64,000 nt of DNA, from assembly GCF_964355755.1 (NCBI RefSeq), contig NC_092676.1, positions 28,476,871 through 28,540,870 on the forward strand, in the 5' to 3' direction. The notes beneath the pieces are model-generated. The model was given only the letters and a program-made list of their open reading frames with translations. It was not told the DNA's origin and searched no databases. This document shows, one piece after another, positions 1-11,965 of this stretch. The position numbers and the translations under genes were made by a program. Origin of the DNA: Antedon mediterranea. Its lineage: Eukaryota; Animalia; Echinodermata. Within the stretch, counting starts at the first letter, position 1. Each line of letters opens with the position of its first letter.

Positions 1-489
1 CTCAATGTCGAAAAAAGATTTTGGATTCATCGTCTAGACTCTCATGAGTCACCAGTCTTTGTTGTATCAATGAATTGTCTTCGGTGGCGCTACCTAGTCT
101 TCTATTCCTAATATTTCCCTTAAATATTTAGTCATGTCATGTCACGTACGTTGTTGCGTCGTTTCACAGTTATCATTTAAACTTTTTTGGTTTTGCGATC
201 CATATCGATTTAGTTGACTCATACATCGGGGCGATGTTCTAGGAAATGCAGTGAGAAATTGATCAGGTGTGTGTGGGTTTACGCGAGAAAAAACATTTGA
301 AATATCTGCAATAATGTTTTTGTTTAATTTGAAATAATTAAGGAATGTTCTTTCCACTTTTGATAAAAATATAATGTATCACTACTAATGTTAATAATAT
401 CTGTTACGATCTTCAAATCTCTAAATGGGAGAAAATCATCCTATTTTTGTGTGATTTTCCATTTTGTATTGTTTGTTGAATTGTATATA

Positions 490-1347
490 CCGTATATTTC
501 GGTGTATAAGTCGCACCTGTGTATAAGACGCACCCCTAACTGAGAGTAAAATATCGGTATTTTTTATATCGTCGATGTATAAGACGCACCTTATATTTCA
601 TCAAAACAATGTTTTTTTAAATTGTAATCAATATTATTGTAATAATATATTTTGTTATATCTACAACGGCGTCCTTTATTTAGGTTTTTTGTTACCTAGG
701 CTCGGCCGTGCCCAGCCTCAACAAGTTCTTTCTAACTTGTTATTCATGAGTTTTGCACCCGCAACAACATCGAGTGCATGACCGTGTGTGTAACACGATG
801 TACGTGTGTGGGCTAGCCTCGCTCGATCATTTCGAGAGGGCGCACGTTTTCACGGACAATCGTATTCGATTAGTATCTATGTATCCGAGAAGTGTGTACG
901 CTAGGTCCATGCTATAATCACCTGGAGAATATACTAGTCGAATACCGTACACCATGTGGCCGCCCAAGAAGGGCTTGCGCTAGGGGTACGGCGGTCGGCG
1001 ATCGTGCGTATAACTATAAATAAATACTATTCCAATCGATTGTATGTAAACGTTTACAAATGAAATTTATCGGAGCGCCTAAAACCGCTCCATAATGAAC
1101 AAATCTTTTCATCATATTTAGTATAACATCATGCTAAAATGCCTTGAAAACTAGGCAGAAGCAGGTTGCCGTTAGTTAGTATACTGTAGCTAGGCCTAGC
1201 CTACTCAGGCCTAGCAAACGAGGTGACAATAGGCCAATATGTACAATCTGTGTGGTGAGGCATTTATGTTCGGTGTATAAGACGCACCCTTAATTTAGAG
1301 GTCAAATTTGCGTGTCAAAAGTGCGACTTATACACCGAAATATACGG
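490..1347. mobile_element. Tc1/mariner Tc2-like non-autonomous DNA transposon (MITE), 858 bp
   Basis: Perfect 28-bp TIR CCGTATATTTCGGTGTATAAGTCGCAC at both ends, TA flanks, and subterminal GTATAAGACGCACC repeats. No transposase. Confidence 0.85.
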
Positions 1348-1882
1348 TACAGGTATATGGAATTTTTATTCTGAAATAAAGTGGTCAGTCAATGTAATAC
1401 ATGTTTTCTATCTGATAAATTAAACTGATTTTGGTTGTTGAATATTATAATAATCTAACTATACATTACGTTGGTGTTTTTTCATCTTCATGGTTTAAAC
1501 TACTGTAAGCCAAGTACAATTATAGGTTTATGTCTAGACATCATTTTATTCCATAGATAATTTGATTTGATTCCATAGATAAAACGGTAAAAGACACAAA
1601 AAAATGTAGAAGGGAAGGTTTGTTGGGTTGTTATAATCCACAGGAGGTGGCTGGTTGCTTAGACTGACTTGTAAGCAGTCGCCACCTCCTCAGCCATTGT
1701 CTCATATGGAAGCGCTTGTTACTTGGCCTTGGTGGTATGTTGGTACAGGTAGAACTTGCCAATAGGCCAAGGATATTGAATAAAGACTAGGTACTGTACA
1801 CATGGTAAAGGCAAGCATGAGTATTTGATATTGCAAAATTGGAGACAAATATTATACTGCAATTGGTATAGAGTACCTTGCA

Positions 1883-2012
1883 TATTGTGGATATGCTGTA
1901 TTGTGGATATGCTGTATTGTGGATATGCTGTATTGTGGATATGCTGTAGTGTGGATATGCTGTAGTGGGGATATGCTGTAGTGTGGATATGCTGTATTGT
2001 GGATATGCTGTA
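1883..2012. repeat. 16-bp minisatellite (TGTGGATATGCTGTAK)~8
   Basis: Direct tandem repeat visible in the sequence. Confidence 0.9.
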
Positions 2013-4493
2013 GATTGTAGAGGACAGTTTGGAGAGTTTGCTCCTGGTTGGTACAGTGTGCAGTGCTACTATAGAAAAAGTTGAGATGGGTGGAAGATTT
2101 TCTACTAAGCAAGAAAATATGGAATAAACACCATATTTTGAAAGTATAGCATTATCTTGCCAACAGAAACGTGTCCACAGGAACTTGTCTATATGAAAAG
2201 AATCGATTTTGAATATGGTTTTTAAGAACCTCTAATTCTGGTCTGGAACATCAAATTAATGGTTTCTGTGGAGCAGTTTTTAGCTGAAATTTTTTTTTTA
2301 TAAATTGTTTTTGTAGGCAATCAGGTTTATTTGGAATTTTCCAATTTTTTTTTTGTGGGTGCTTGATAACAATTATATTGATTTAAAAAATAATAATTTA
2401 GCTATTTTTCTATAAGCAGAAGCTCATCTTTAATAATTTAATACAAATTTATATTTATAAATTAAATGACATATTTATAGTTGATATATCTGTTCTATTC
2501 TTAATTAAAGAATGTTTTACCTTCTTCATAATAGAATAGTCCATGTGATATATTCTCCTACAAACATACAACAATGGTTGAATTTTCCAGTTATACATAG
2601 CTGTGGTCAGAAACAGACAATTCCCTTATGTTTAGTTTGGCAAACAGAACTGATATTTAGAAAACAAATATTGTCTTACACTTTTTCTTGAATGTTGGTT
2701 GAGGAAATAAAACAAAAAATAATAAAAATTCTTAGCGTATTAGTTTAAATATTAAAATGGTTTTTTTCTTCTGATAATGTAAATCTTTTTTTTTTCAATT
2801 TAATTTATTTGAACAAACAAAAATTATTAATGTTTGGGTTTAATATTATGTATTATTAATAATGTTTTCATGAATTATAAAGCATTTTTATTTGCTGTGA
2901 TATGAAAAATAATTTTGTTATCTGTTGAATTTATTTGAACCAGATGTTTTTAGAATAAATAATTTCTTTATTTTTTAAATATTTATATTTTATTACCTGT
3001 ACAGTATTTAATTGTTATTTGCTAAGAAAATATACCTGTGTCAAGACGGGTGGCGTCATTTTTGCCAGCATGTTTTTAGATCTAACAGATTATTTTTTAA
3101 TTTAAAAAATGAATTAAAAAACATACCGTCCCATTTCCATTATTCTCATACCCCATATGTGTATACAGTACTGTATACAATAGAAACAACTTTTAAGTTT
3201 CTTGTGAACTTTTTTCAATCAATCATAATATTTTTTTAGTCATAATTAATAATGATAACCACGATAGCGTGTAGTACAGGGATTTTTACCAAAAAATTGT
3301 TAATTATAAAATATGCAGTGATGAACATGATATGCTTTGATGAACATTATTTTAAATGTTTGTGATTTAATTTCATACTAAATAATAGTCATAATAATGC
3401 TAATAATAATAACATGTACTTATAAAGGATTTTTACAAAATACAAAAAAATATTAGAAAATATATTCTTTACAGTGATAAACATTAAATGGTCTGATGTA
3501 CATTAAAGATATATTGTCCCCCTAAAAAATAATTTTTTAATTTTCTTTTTGTTGAATATGCCATTTTAATATCACATAATAGTAATATTCACTATGACCA
3601 AAAACTTGATAAAAAAAAAAACCCATTTTCTATCAAAAAAATGTAATTTAAAGCAAAATATACCTAAATTGTCTGGAAGACAATGGTTTTTGGTTGAAAT
3701 TAACCATTGCTTCTGTCTTTTTATAAGTGAAATAATTATTTTTGATTTTTTTTTCTACAGAAGTGAATAACTTTATTAAAACTGCCAAATTGCCTATTCA
3801 AAATCTGATTTCATTAATCTTTATTTTTTTCATGTTTTTGGGGGAAAATATATCTTTAAGATTAAGTGTTTGTGATTTAATTTTATACTAAGACACAGTA
3901 CATAGAGGTAAATAACAGAAACATTCAATATGATGACACACAAGTCATCTTAGTTCCATTTGGTTATTTAAATTCATTTGCTTATTGTATGATACCTTAG
4001 AGATATTAATGTAAAAAAACATTAACACGTAGATACAACTAAACGACTGTGTAATGTTACCAAACATACAGTTATAATGTGTTAAAGCTTTCTGACATCA
4101 TCACGTTGGACATTATAGTCCACAGAGACCCTAAATTAAAACGTCGTGTGATGTTTAAGGGTGTTTAAATTTCCCTTTTCTTAAGAGGATGTCACATTTG
4201 TCATTATATAAACAAAAGGAAGTCGTGGGCATCGCTAGATTCTTGTATTAACAAAAGACAAATTGGATTTTAGTGTTGATGTTTTGATTTCAATTCTGAA
4301 TAAATAGTCTAATAGAAATAGAAATAAAACATTATCTCAATTAAAAGATACCTTAAATTAAAGACTAACTCAAATATTGAATTTTAAAGATATTTTCCAA
4401 ATTTAAGATTTTCACACCCATAAATTGCAACTACTTCAATTGACCCTTTTAGTTACAGACCCATTTAATTAAGCCTTCCTTAATCCAATTTTA

Positions 4494-4750
4494 AAGACCT
4501 CCCTAATTAAAAATATAAAATATCTCTATAAAGGCCTCCTTGATTGAAGATACCTTCGTTAAACACCTCCCCGGTCAAAGATACCACTTCCATTAAAGGC
4601 CTCCCCCCAATCAAAGATACCAACCAGCTCCAATAAAGCCCCCCCCCCCCCCCCCAATCAAAGATATCACCTCCATTAAAGACCTTCCCAATCAAAGATA
4701 TCACCTCCATTAAAGACCTCCCAAATTAACGATTCCACCTCCAATTAAAT
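4494..4750. repeat. Degenerate ~38-bp tandem repeat (AAAGACCTCCC..AATCAAAGATA.CACCTCCATT)
   Basis: Several diverged copies, including a poly-C run. Confidence 0.6.
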
Positions 4751-5386
4751 TCTTCCAAATACATTTTTAGTTTAATATTTAGGATGATCACACAATTCCA
4801 AAACATTTTAAATAATTTAAATTTTAAAAAAATCCAAGAATGATTCTGTTATAAACGATTAGAAACCAATAGTTGCTTTGACAGTTAAATATTAGTTTCA
4901 CAAGTTTAAGTTGCAAACGCGTTGAATATATTGTTATTTTACAATGGTTTTCTTCGTGATAATCTGTAATGTAACGGCAATCCCATACATTCTGATAAAA
5001 CCAATAAATGATCATTCTATGATTATACAGTTTAATAGTTTAACACATCTATAAATTAATAATAATATTTATACACATAGTCACTGCAATTAATAATTAA
5101 TAACAGATTACATTATTTATAGTAAGTCTGTATAAACATGTGGAGGTTATTTATTTAGTGTCATCATCACATAAATGAAGCTGACTGTGTAGGATTACCT
5201 ATTCAATTATCACTACAGTAACAATATACATTAAACAAGAGCAATATTAATGTAGTTGTATTGTATACAGTTAGTATGCACTTTAGGAGATAACTTGGTT
5301 CTGTTTTTAGAACAAAATAACAACAAACTGAGGATAGAATACAGTGTAAATACACATTGGTATTTACACTGTATTAATGAATCTAA

Positions 5387-5546
5387 AGCTCTGTCTACAC
5401 TATCAAACGTGACAAAAAAATGTGAAGTGCCCATAATGGACACGATGATATCACATCACTACCATATTTAAGCATATTCCTACCATAGTTGGACACGTTA
5501 CACTTTTTTTTTGTCAAACTAGTTTGTGTGTACAGTAGACAGAGCT
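5387..5546. mobile_element. Harbinger/Tourist-like MITE family A copy
   Basis: TIR AGCTCTGTCTACACTATCAAAC, internal CATATCACTACCATATTTGGG-type repeat. Confidence 0.8.
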
Positions 5547-6655
5547 CAAGAAAATTAAAAACATTTTAGTCTGGGGAAAGAGTCGCTGGTTAAACTATAG
5601 AATTATGTATCACAAATTCTGATAATGCCGAACCAGATATGATATTGTTATAAACACTATACAGCAGACATCTTAATTTAAAAGGACACTATTCTGATGG
5701 CAGAATAAAGGAAAAAATACATTTTTAACATCGCTCTTTTTTAACATTTCAACAATTTTAAGTTCTTGAAATTATCCAGTGTTTGTTTCAGAGGTGAACT
5801 CTGTTAAACGTTGACTAAGTTGAAAATCGCAATTAAAATATCCATGTTTGTATTCTAATAGCGTGATAACAATGTAAAGAAGTGTATCCGCCGTGTTGCA
5901 ATTGACTCTGGGTCCTTAAGATATAAACGTATAATGAAGTTGTCAACGTTCATGCATAAGACTCGTATGTTATGCAGATAAACTGTATTATTATGATTAT
6001 TGTAAGTAGGAGTAACCATTTCTATGGTGTACAGTAGTAGTATTAGTACGGAATTCATTTTAAGATGGCATACACTATATGCAATATCTGATTTATTTTT
6101 TATACAGGTAGGTGACATTATGATAAATTAACAGTTCAATTATTATTATATTTATAATTATTTTAAATATTTTATTCATTTTGGCTTATGGTTCATTTTT
6201 ATTAATTTTGTGTGCTTTTATTTTAAAGTAGGTAAAATAATTCTTAATTTTTATTTTATTATCACTGTATATTATTAAGCATTTTCTATGTAAAAGACGA
6301 AATATAGGAATTCCCGAAGTGCCTCGTCATTGTAGCCTATATAGGATTAGTCACTTAAATTATATTATTTTTTAATAGTTTTTGTGTTTTTAGTTGAACT
6401 CGGTAGCTCAGTATTTGTATCAATAAAATCGTTCGTTATTATTTTTGATAGGTACACAGTTTATGACAACTTTGTATGTGAAGAAGCTGATATTGTTATT
6501 TGGTACTCCTTTCCTGTTCTTCACTTGGATCTTGGCTTATTGGCTGAATTTTAGGGATAGGCTTAGAAGATCACTTGTAGAGTAAATCTTGAAGAAATTC
6601 AGTTCATATACGTAATACTTTCTTTACTACTGTATGTCACTAGAAACTAGTCAAA

Positions 6656-6806
6656 AGCTCTGTCTACACTATCAAACTTTATGCGACAAAAACATTTGAT
6701 GTCTCATATATGAAAATGATGATGTCATATCACTACTATATTTGGGCATATCACTACCATATTTGGGCACATCACACTTTTTTTATAGTGTACAGTAGGC
6801 AGAGCT
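6656..6806. mobile_element. MITE family A copy
   Basis: Same TIR and internal 21-bp repeat. Confidence 0.8.
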
Positions 6807-8163
6807 TTATGTTCACCTATAAAAATATGAGTGGCAGATTGCACTTGACATTGGATTTTAACTTTAGTATTTGAACATTATCCCTAAATCAAAGCCTGTT
6901 GCAATAAAGAAGATAGAATTGTGAGGTCATAAGACAAAGTATGGTGTACCTTTAAATATAAAAAAGATTGATTCATTATTTTAACTTTTAAAGTCACCAT
7001 CATCAATGATATCAAGGTTCTATGACCAGAATGTTTGATTTAGTGACATAATGCGGGTAATATTTGACTTTTCCCTCTCTCGTTTTATTGCTGATATTTG
7101 TTGGTTAAAGAGTAATGACCTACTCGTTTACATAACTCTTTGAAATGTCAATTAAGGATTACATTAGTTTTTTATCAGCATAAAATAATCTGTACACATA
7201 TACTATATTGGAATTGCAGAAAATTAAAAACAAAGAAGGAGGCCTGGATAAATTTGACAATGACATTTTGACAAACAAAAAAAAAACCGACTTATGAGCC
7301 TAAAAAAATTGACAATGACAATTTGATTAAACAAACAAAAAACGACTAATGAGGAATGGAATCTACTATAGGGTAGGTACAGTAAATCTATATTGTTAAT
7401 ACGCACCAACCAGAAATGTGTTACTCTATCTACTTCACCGGTACCGTTCAAGCTCTGGGTCATATTCTATCTTCTTCACCGGTATCGTTCAAGCTCCGGG
7501 TCACAAAGTTTTAGCCATTATTGAATATAACACTATGTTAGAATGAACATTTTACATGAAAAATATGTAATTTCTTTACAAAATGAACAGACGTCACATC
7601 CAGTAAATCTCAATTAGACAAATACTTTATAGTAAGAACATTTTAAAAATAATAATAAAAATAAAAATAATAATAAAAAGATTTTGAAGCGGAAAATAGA
7701 CAGAAATCGGCGAAAAAATGTAAAGAATTGTTAGTTAAATAGAATTTAGGTACATTTAAAAGTGTTTTATCTTTATTATTGAACTCAATTTGTTCGTATG
7801 TGGACATTAAATTCTCAGAATATCTGATTTATATATCTAGCAAGCTTTGCATTGTTTTGTTTGTTTAACCTCAAGCTTTGCCTTTGAGAGCAGTAGACTG
7901 TTTACTTTAGCAAGGGGGAGAATAAGGAATCTATTAGAGTCAATAAAAATGCTTTACTTTATTCAAGAGCATTTTTATTATATAAATATTATTTAATTGT
8001 ATTACATTTAAATATTAACTCCTAGGGAAAAAACTGTAATTTGACTAAAATCATTATAAAGAATTTTACGATAAAACTTCAAATAACAATATATCTTTTG
8101 CTTTAATTTTATCAACATATTGCAGGCAAAAAAACTGTAAAATCTATGTACAGTGCAGAGAAT

Positions 8164-9901
8164 AGGGAGGTTTCGCAACCTTACAAATACGATAACGAAA
8201 ACGGATACGTCATACATTTGTGAAACTTTTGAGCTGATCCCTATTTCATATTCGTAAAGCGTATTCGTGTTGACGAATATCACCAGTCATATTCGTAAGG
8301 CCAAATAAAAAAACATACTTGTTAAGCGTCACCGCCCGCTCCTGATTATCCAGCCGCCTCTCTTTTTATTTTTTTTTTTTTACCGATATACAACGGAAAG
8401 TTCAGCGGCCCGGCCCAGCTGCAGAGTAGGGCTCGAAATTCACGCTAGCAAACTAGCATTTTGCTAGTAGATTCTTCATAATTGCTAGTTGAAAATTTCA
8501 AAACTAGCAAATGTTTGTTAGGCTAGTGTAATTTTTGAAAAATACGTACTTTTTAGCTTAGCCAACGCTAGCCGCCGATCGCTCTATGTCGACAACGGCA
8601 ATTTGGTGAAAACAATTGTTTCATTTACACGCCGCCGATTTACGTCAAGGAAACGCGAATAGCACCGTGAATCATGTAATGTGGTAAACAGCAAGCTTTT
8701 TCCCCAACACATTAAATCATGTGCATTTAGTACGTCGCTGAGGATTACATCATCAGTCACGTGATTACAGAATACGCGATTATCAATTTAGGGATTTAAC
8801 GGAATAAATATTTTGCCTACACAGTGGTCGAAGCGCGTTTTTTTATAGGTTCGTATTAATATAGGAAACACCCCATACATAATGGACTCTACCAATTTTG
8901 CTTACGATGATCTCGCGCTCGAGATCGGCACACCACGAGGTCCTGTTGGGCGATGGGTTTCCTTATGCCTGGTTTACCTGTGGAATAATTACATACACTT
9001 TTTGCATCACAACTTTAAATACTGATTTACACAGCAATTGGCAAAGGATTCATCAAAGAAGAATGAATACGTTGAATAAAAATTCACTTAAGAAATGCCG
9101 TAAGCTGTTTTCAAACTATAAATCAGCCCACTATTTAGTATTATTGCGACCAAATCATGCTTCTCGCGCGATAGGGAATTTCCTGGATAGATGAGTCGAG
9201 CGAGAGACGGCGGATGGCCGATGAGTGAGGCGGGGGTAGCAGCTTGGACGGATTAGTTAGCCTAGGGCCTACAATTTCGCTTGGTGGCAATTAAATTTAA
9301 TGTTTTAATTACGTCTGGATATAAACAATACAAAACTCAATTTTGTCATAGGCAATATTATTTCATACATAGTCAATTTTGTTCTGTTTCGCATTTTAAA
9401 AGTTTGACGTTTCGTCCTAAAAAAAGTGGGCCAGAACGTCCACCGCGCAAAAATATACCTCCACAAAAAGGGAAAAAAAAAAAAAAACCGTCCCCCCGCC
9501 CCTGAAAATTTATGAGGGTGTGACGCTTAACAAGTATATTTTTTTATTTGGCCTAACTACAAAACGAGTATAGTTTTTGATCTATTTTGCACATTTTGCA
9601 TTTGAATCAGGAATGATTCATGATTATAATATAATTAATTTACTAAAATGCCAAGTAAATTTTGATAAATAGCAGTTTTTAAAGTTCTCACTCGCTTTTA
9701 TGTTACGCTAGGCCTAGGCAGCCAAGCACCAAGCAATACGTACCTGCGCTTCGCTCAAATTTACCGCAGTCATATTTTGGACGGCGCCCTCAATATTTCG
9801 TTGCCATGCGAAACAGATTTTTTTATGGCTTACGAAAACGAATACGTGTGTGTGACGTATCCGTTTTCGTTATCGTATTCGTAAGATTGCGAAACCTCCC
9901 T
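8164..9901. mobile_element. Non-autonomous TIR DNA transposon (outer element of a nest)
   Basis: ~48-bp TIR AGGGAGGTTTCGCAA..TACGATAACGAAAACGGATACGTCA at both ends. Flanks read AAT/AAT (or TA/TA if the termini are GGG/CCC). Confidence 0.8.
8299..9553. mobile_element. PIF/Harbinger-like non-autonomous element nested inside 8164-9901
   Basis: TIR GGCCAAATAAAAAAA.ATACTTGTTAAGCGTCAC at both ends, with a 3-bp TAA target-site duplication (8296-8298, 9554-9556). Confidence 0.8.
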
Positions 9902-10062
9902 AATGTTTAAAAGTGACAATAATAATTTATTCACCAGACTTTAAATCAAAATACAAATTAAAATATAATATATTCAATTTCTTTTTAACTATTGCAGTTT
10001 CTGATCATATGGTTATATTTTTTCTTGTTTTTATGTTTTTCTTGATTTTTTTTCTTTTTCAG

Positions 10063-10178
10063 TTACCTTCGTTGGACTCTTCCATTTTTTCTGACATTAT
10101 TTAATGCTTTTAGTTACCATGACGACGATATAAATTACTATATAACTGGCAGAGTTTATATAATAATCATCATGTATG
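10063..10178 (+). other. Candidate non-coding 5'-UTR exon (probably BCL9)
   Basis: Long polypyrimidine tract ending TTTTTCAG at 10062 and a consensus donor ATG|GTAAGT after 10178. No long ORF. Confidence 0.4.
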
Positions 10179-10850
10179 GTAAGTACCAAATATATTATTG
10201 TCATACAGTATTATTTGATACATTTCTTATGTTATTATTTCTCCTTTATTAATTGAGCCTTTTTAAACAGCATTTATAATATAAGTCTGGTGTAAAGAGG
10301 CTATGTTATAATATTAGTCTGGTGCAAAGAGGCTACTTTAGGGTCATTTTGAGGTCAGTTAGATCCTATATTGATTATGTTTATGGAATGATTTTAGCTG
10401 AACTCTGGATATGAAACATATTGACATTTGATATTTAGCGTACTTAGCAATATTGTCTGGTTTGTTTGTATCATTAATTGTTAATTTATTTCCTCAACAG
10501 AAAATATTTGGTTTAATTACAACTAGATAACCTTTTTTTGTGCCTTTTATTGGCTTTGTTAAAATAGGTTGACATTTTTTACGTACTTGAAGGTGCTACT
10601 GTAACTAATACAATGCTTAATCAATTACGATATTTAGTAATTACATTACTAATCAGAATTAAAGTTCTTCATCTTCATTGTCGTAAGTTTCACAATCAAC
10701 AAATTGATTAATTAGGAGGCCTAAAAAAGCCTACTTTAAGTTGTGGCAAGTGTGACATTGACTGTGTATACAGTGTTAGTACACCTGAGTAACCCCCTAC
10801 TCATCTCTAAGAATGTACTACAGTAGATTCTTTTGAGCATTTTGTGTACA

Positions 10851-11165
10851 TCAAATCAAATCAAATCAAATCTTTATTCATTCCATATAAAATAAATTGT
10901 ACATGGAAAAATTGTTTTCCTCGACAGAAAAATAGGGTAAAACATTCATAATTACATCATACATAGAACAAATTTACAATTTAAAAACATTAATTAAAAC
11001 ATCCATCAACAGTAAAACTTTAAAATATATATTGCATGTGCGCTATTATGATCTACAGTAACAATCTTTGAGTTAAAGATATGAGTTGAATTTGGTAGAA
11101 AAGACAGTCGGTTTCTTGACGTATCAGCTCTATACATTAAATGGTTCATAGTCCTTATCCAAGAA
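10851..11165 (-). mobile_element. 3' end of a LINE-type retrotransposon (remnant)
   Basis: Minus strand ends AATAAAG(ATTTG)4. An upstream degenerate ..RNRLSFLP.. reading resembles an ORF2 C-terminus. Confidence 0.45.
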
Positions 11166-11839
11166 GGATAGTTGATATTATGTTTAATGTTTGATTGTTA
11201 GTATTGTTGTAATACAATTGTTAAATATTGTTCATTGAATTATTTCTAACTAATAATATACTTTATGATTTGTAAGTTGGAATAATTGTTGAATTTTATT
11301 GTTTTTGAAAATTGTTTGATTATTATCTAAATTATTGTTAATTTTTTATTTTTGCTAACACTAAAGGAAGAAAGCTTTACTAGCATGATGGGCCCTAAAT
11401 GGGTGTTTCACCTTGGAATTTATGTTAGGTTGGCATGGTAGTACAGATAGAGTCCTGTACAAGTAGAATCGGCATAGCCTAACCAAAAGCTACTTTGCCA
11501 CCAGTTTGTCACGCACCAGTGAACACCAATACACAACTACTGCAGTATACAAGCAAACAGTATTAAAGAATCGCTGCTTAGTTCTTTATCTTCCCTTTTC
11601 ATAGTATCAAATTTCATTTGTTTATTTGTTTCATTAATAATTTCAATGACTGTCAATATTGCCATGGTTAGGTCAGTTCTCTGGTATTAGGTCAGAGGTC
11701 ACGGATGTATGCTATTAAGACTCTAGCGTTAATGTAAACAAAGGTAGTTTGAATGATAGCTGTATTGCAAAATTTATTAAATGACTTTGTATTTCTTGTC
11801 GTTGATAAACGATGTTCTACTTTATACCAATACCCAGTG

Positions 11840-11965
11840 CGTAAAGATCTAGCTTTGACGTGCTTGCCTACCAATCCCAACGTCTGGGGTTCAATTCTGA
11901 CCTAGTGCCAGGGTTGTAACTCACGAATCTTTAACTCCACTCCCTAAGCCTCAAATGAGACTTAG
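11840..11965 (+). mobile_element. tRNA-derived SINE head (degraded)
   Basis: tRNA-like 5' region GATCTAGC...GTGCTTGCCTACCAATCCCAACGTCTGGGGTTCAATTC with a Pol III B-box; no intact cloverleaf. Confidence 0.5.

Noticed and set aside
1-30. Minus-strand MNPKSFFDIE resembling a cyclophilin N-terminus at the window edge
   Set aside because: Only 10 codons are visible; cannot be distinguished from chance without the adjacent sequence.
11840-11910. tRNA gene
   Set aside because: B-box present but no intact acceptor/anticodon stems; treated as a SINE head.
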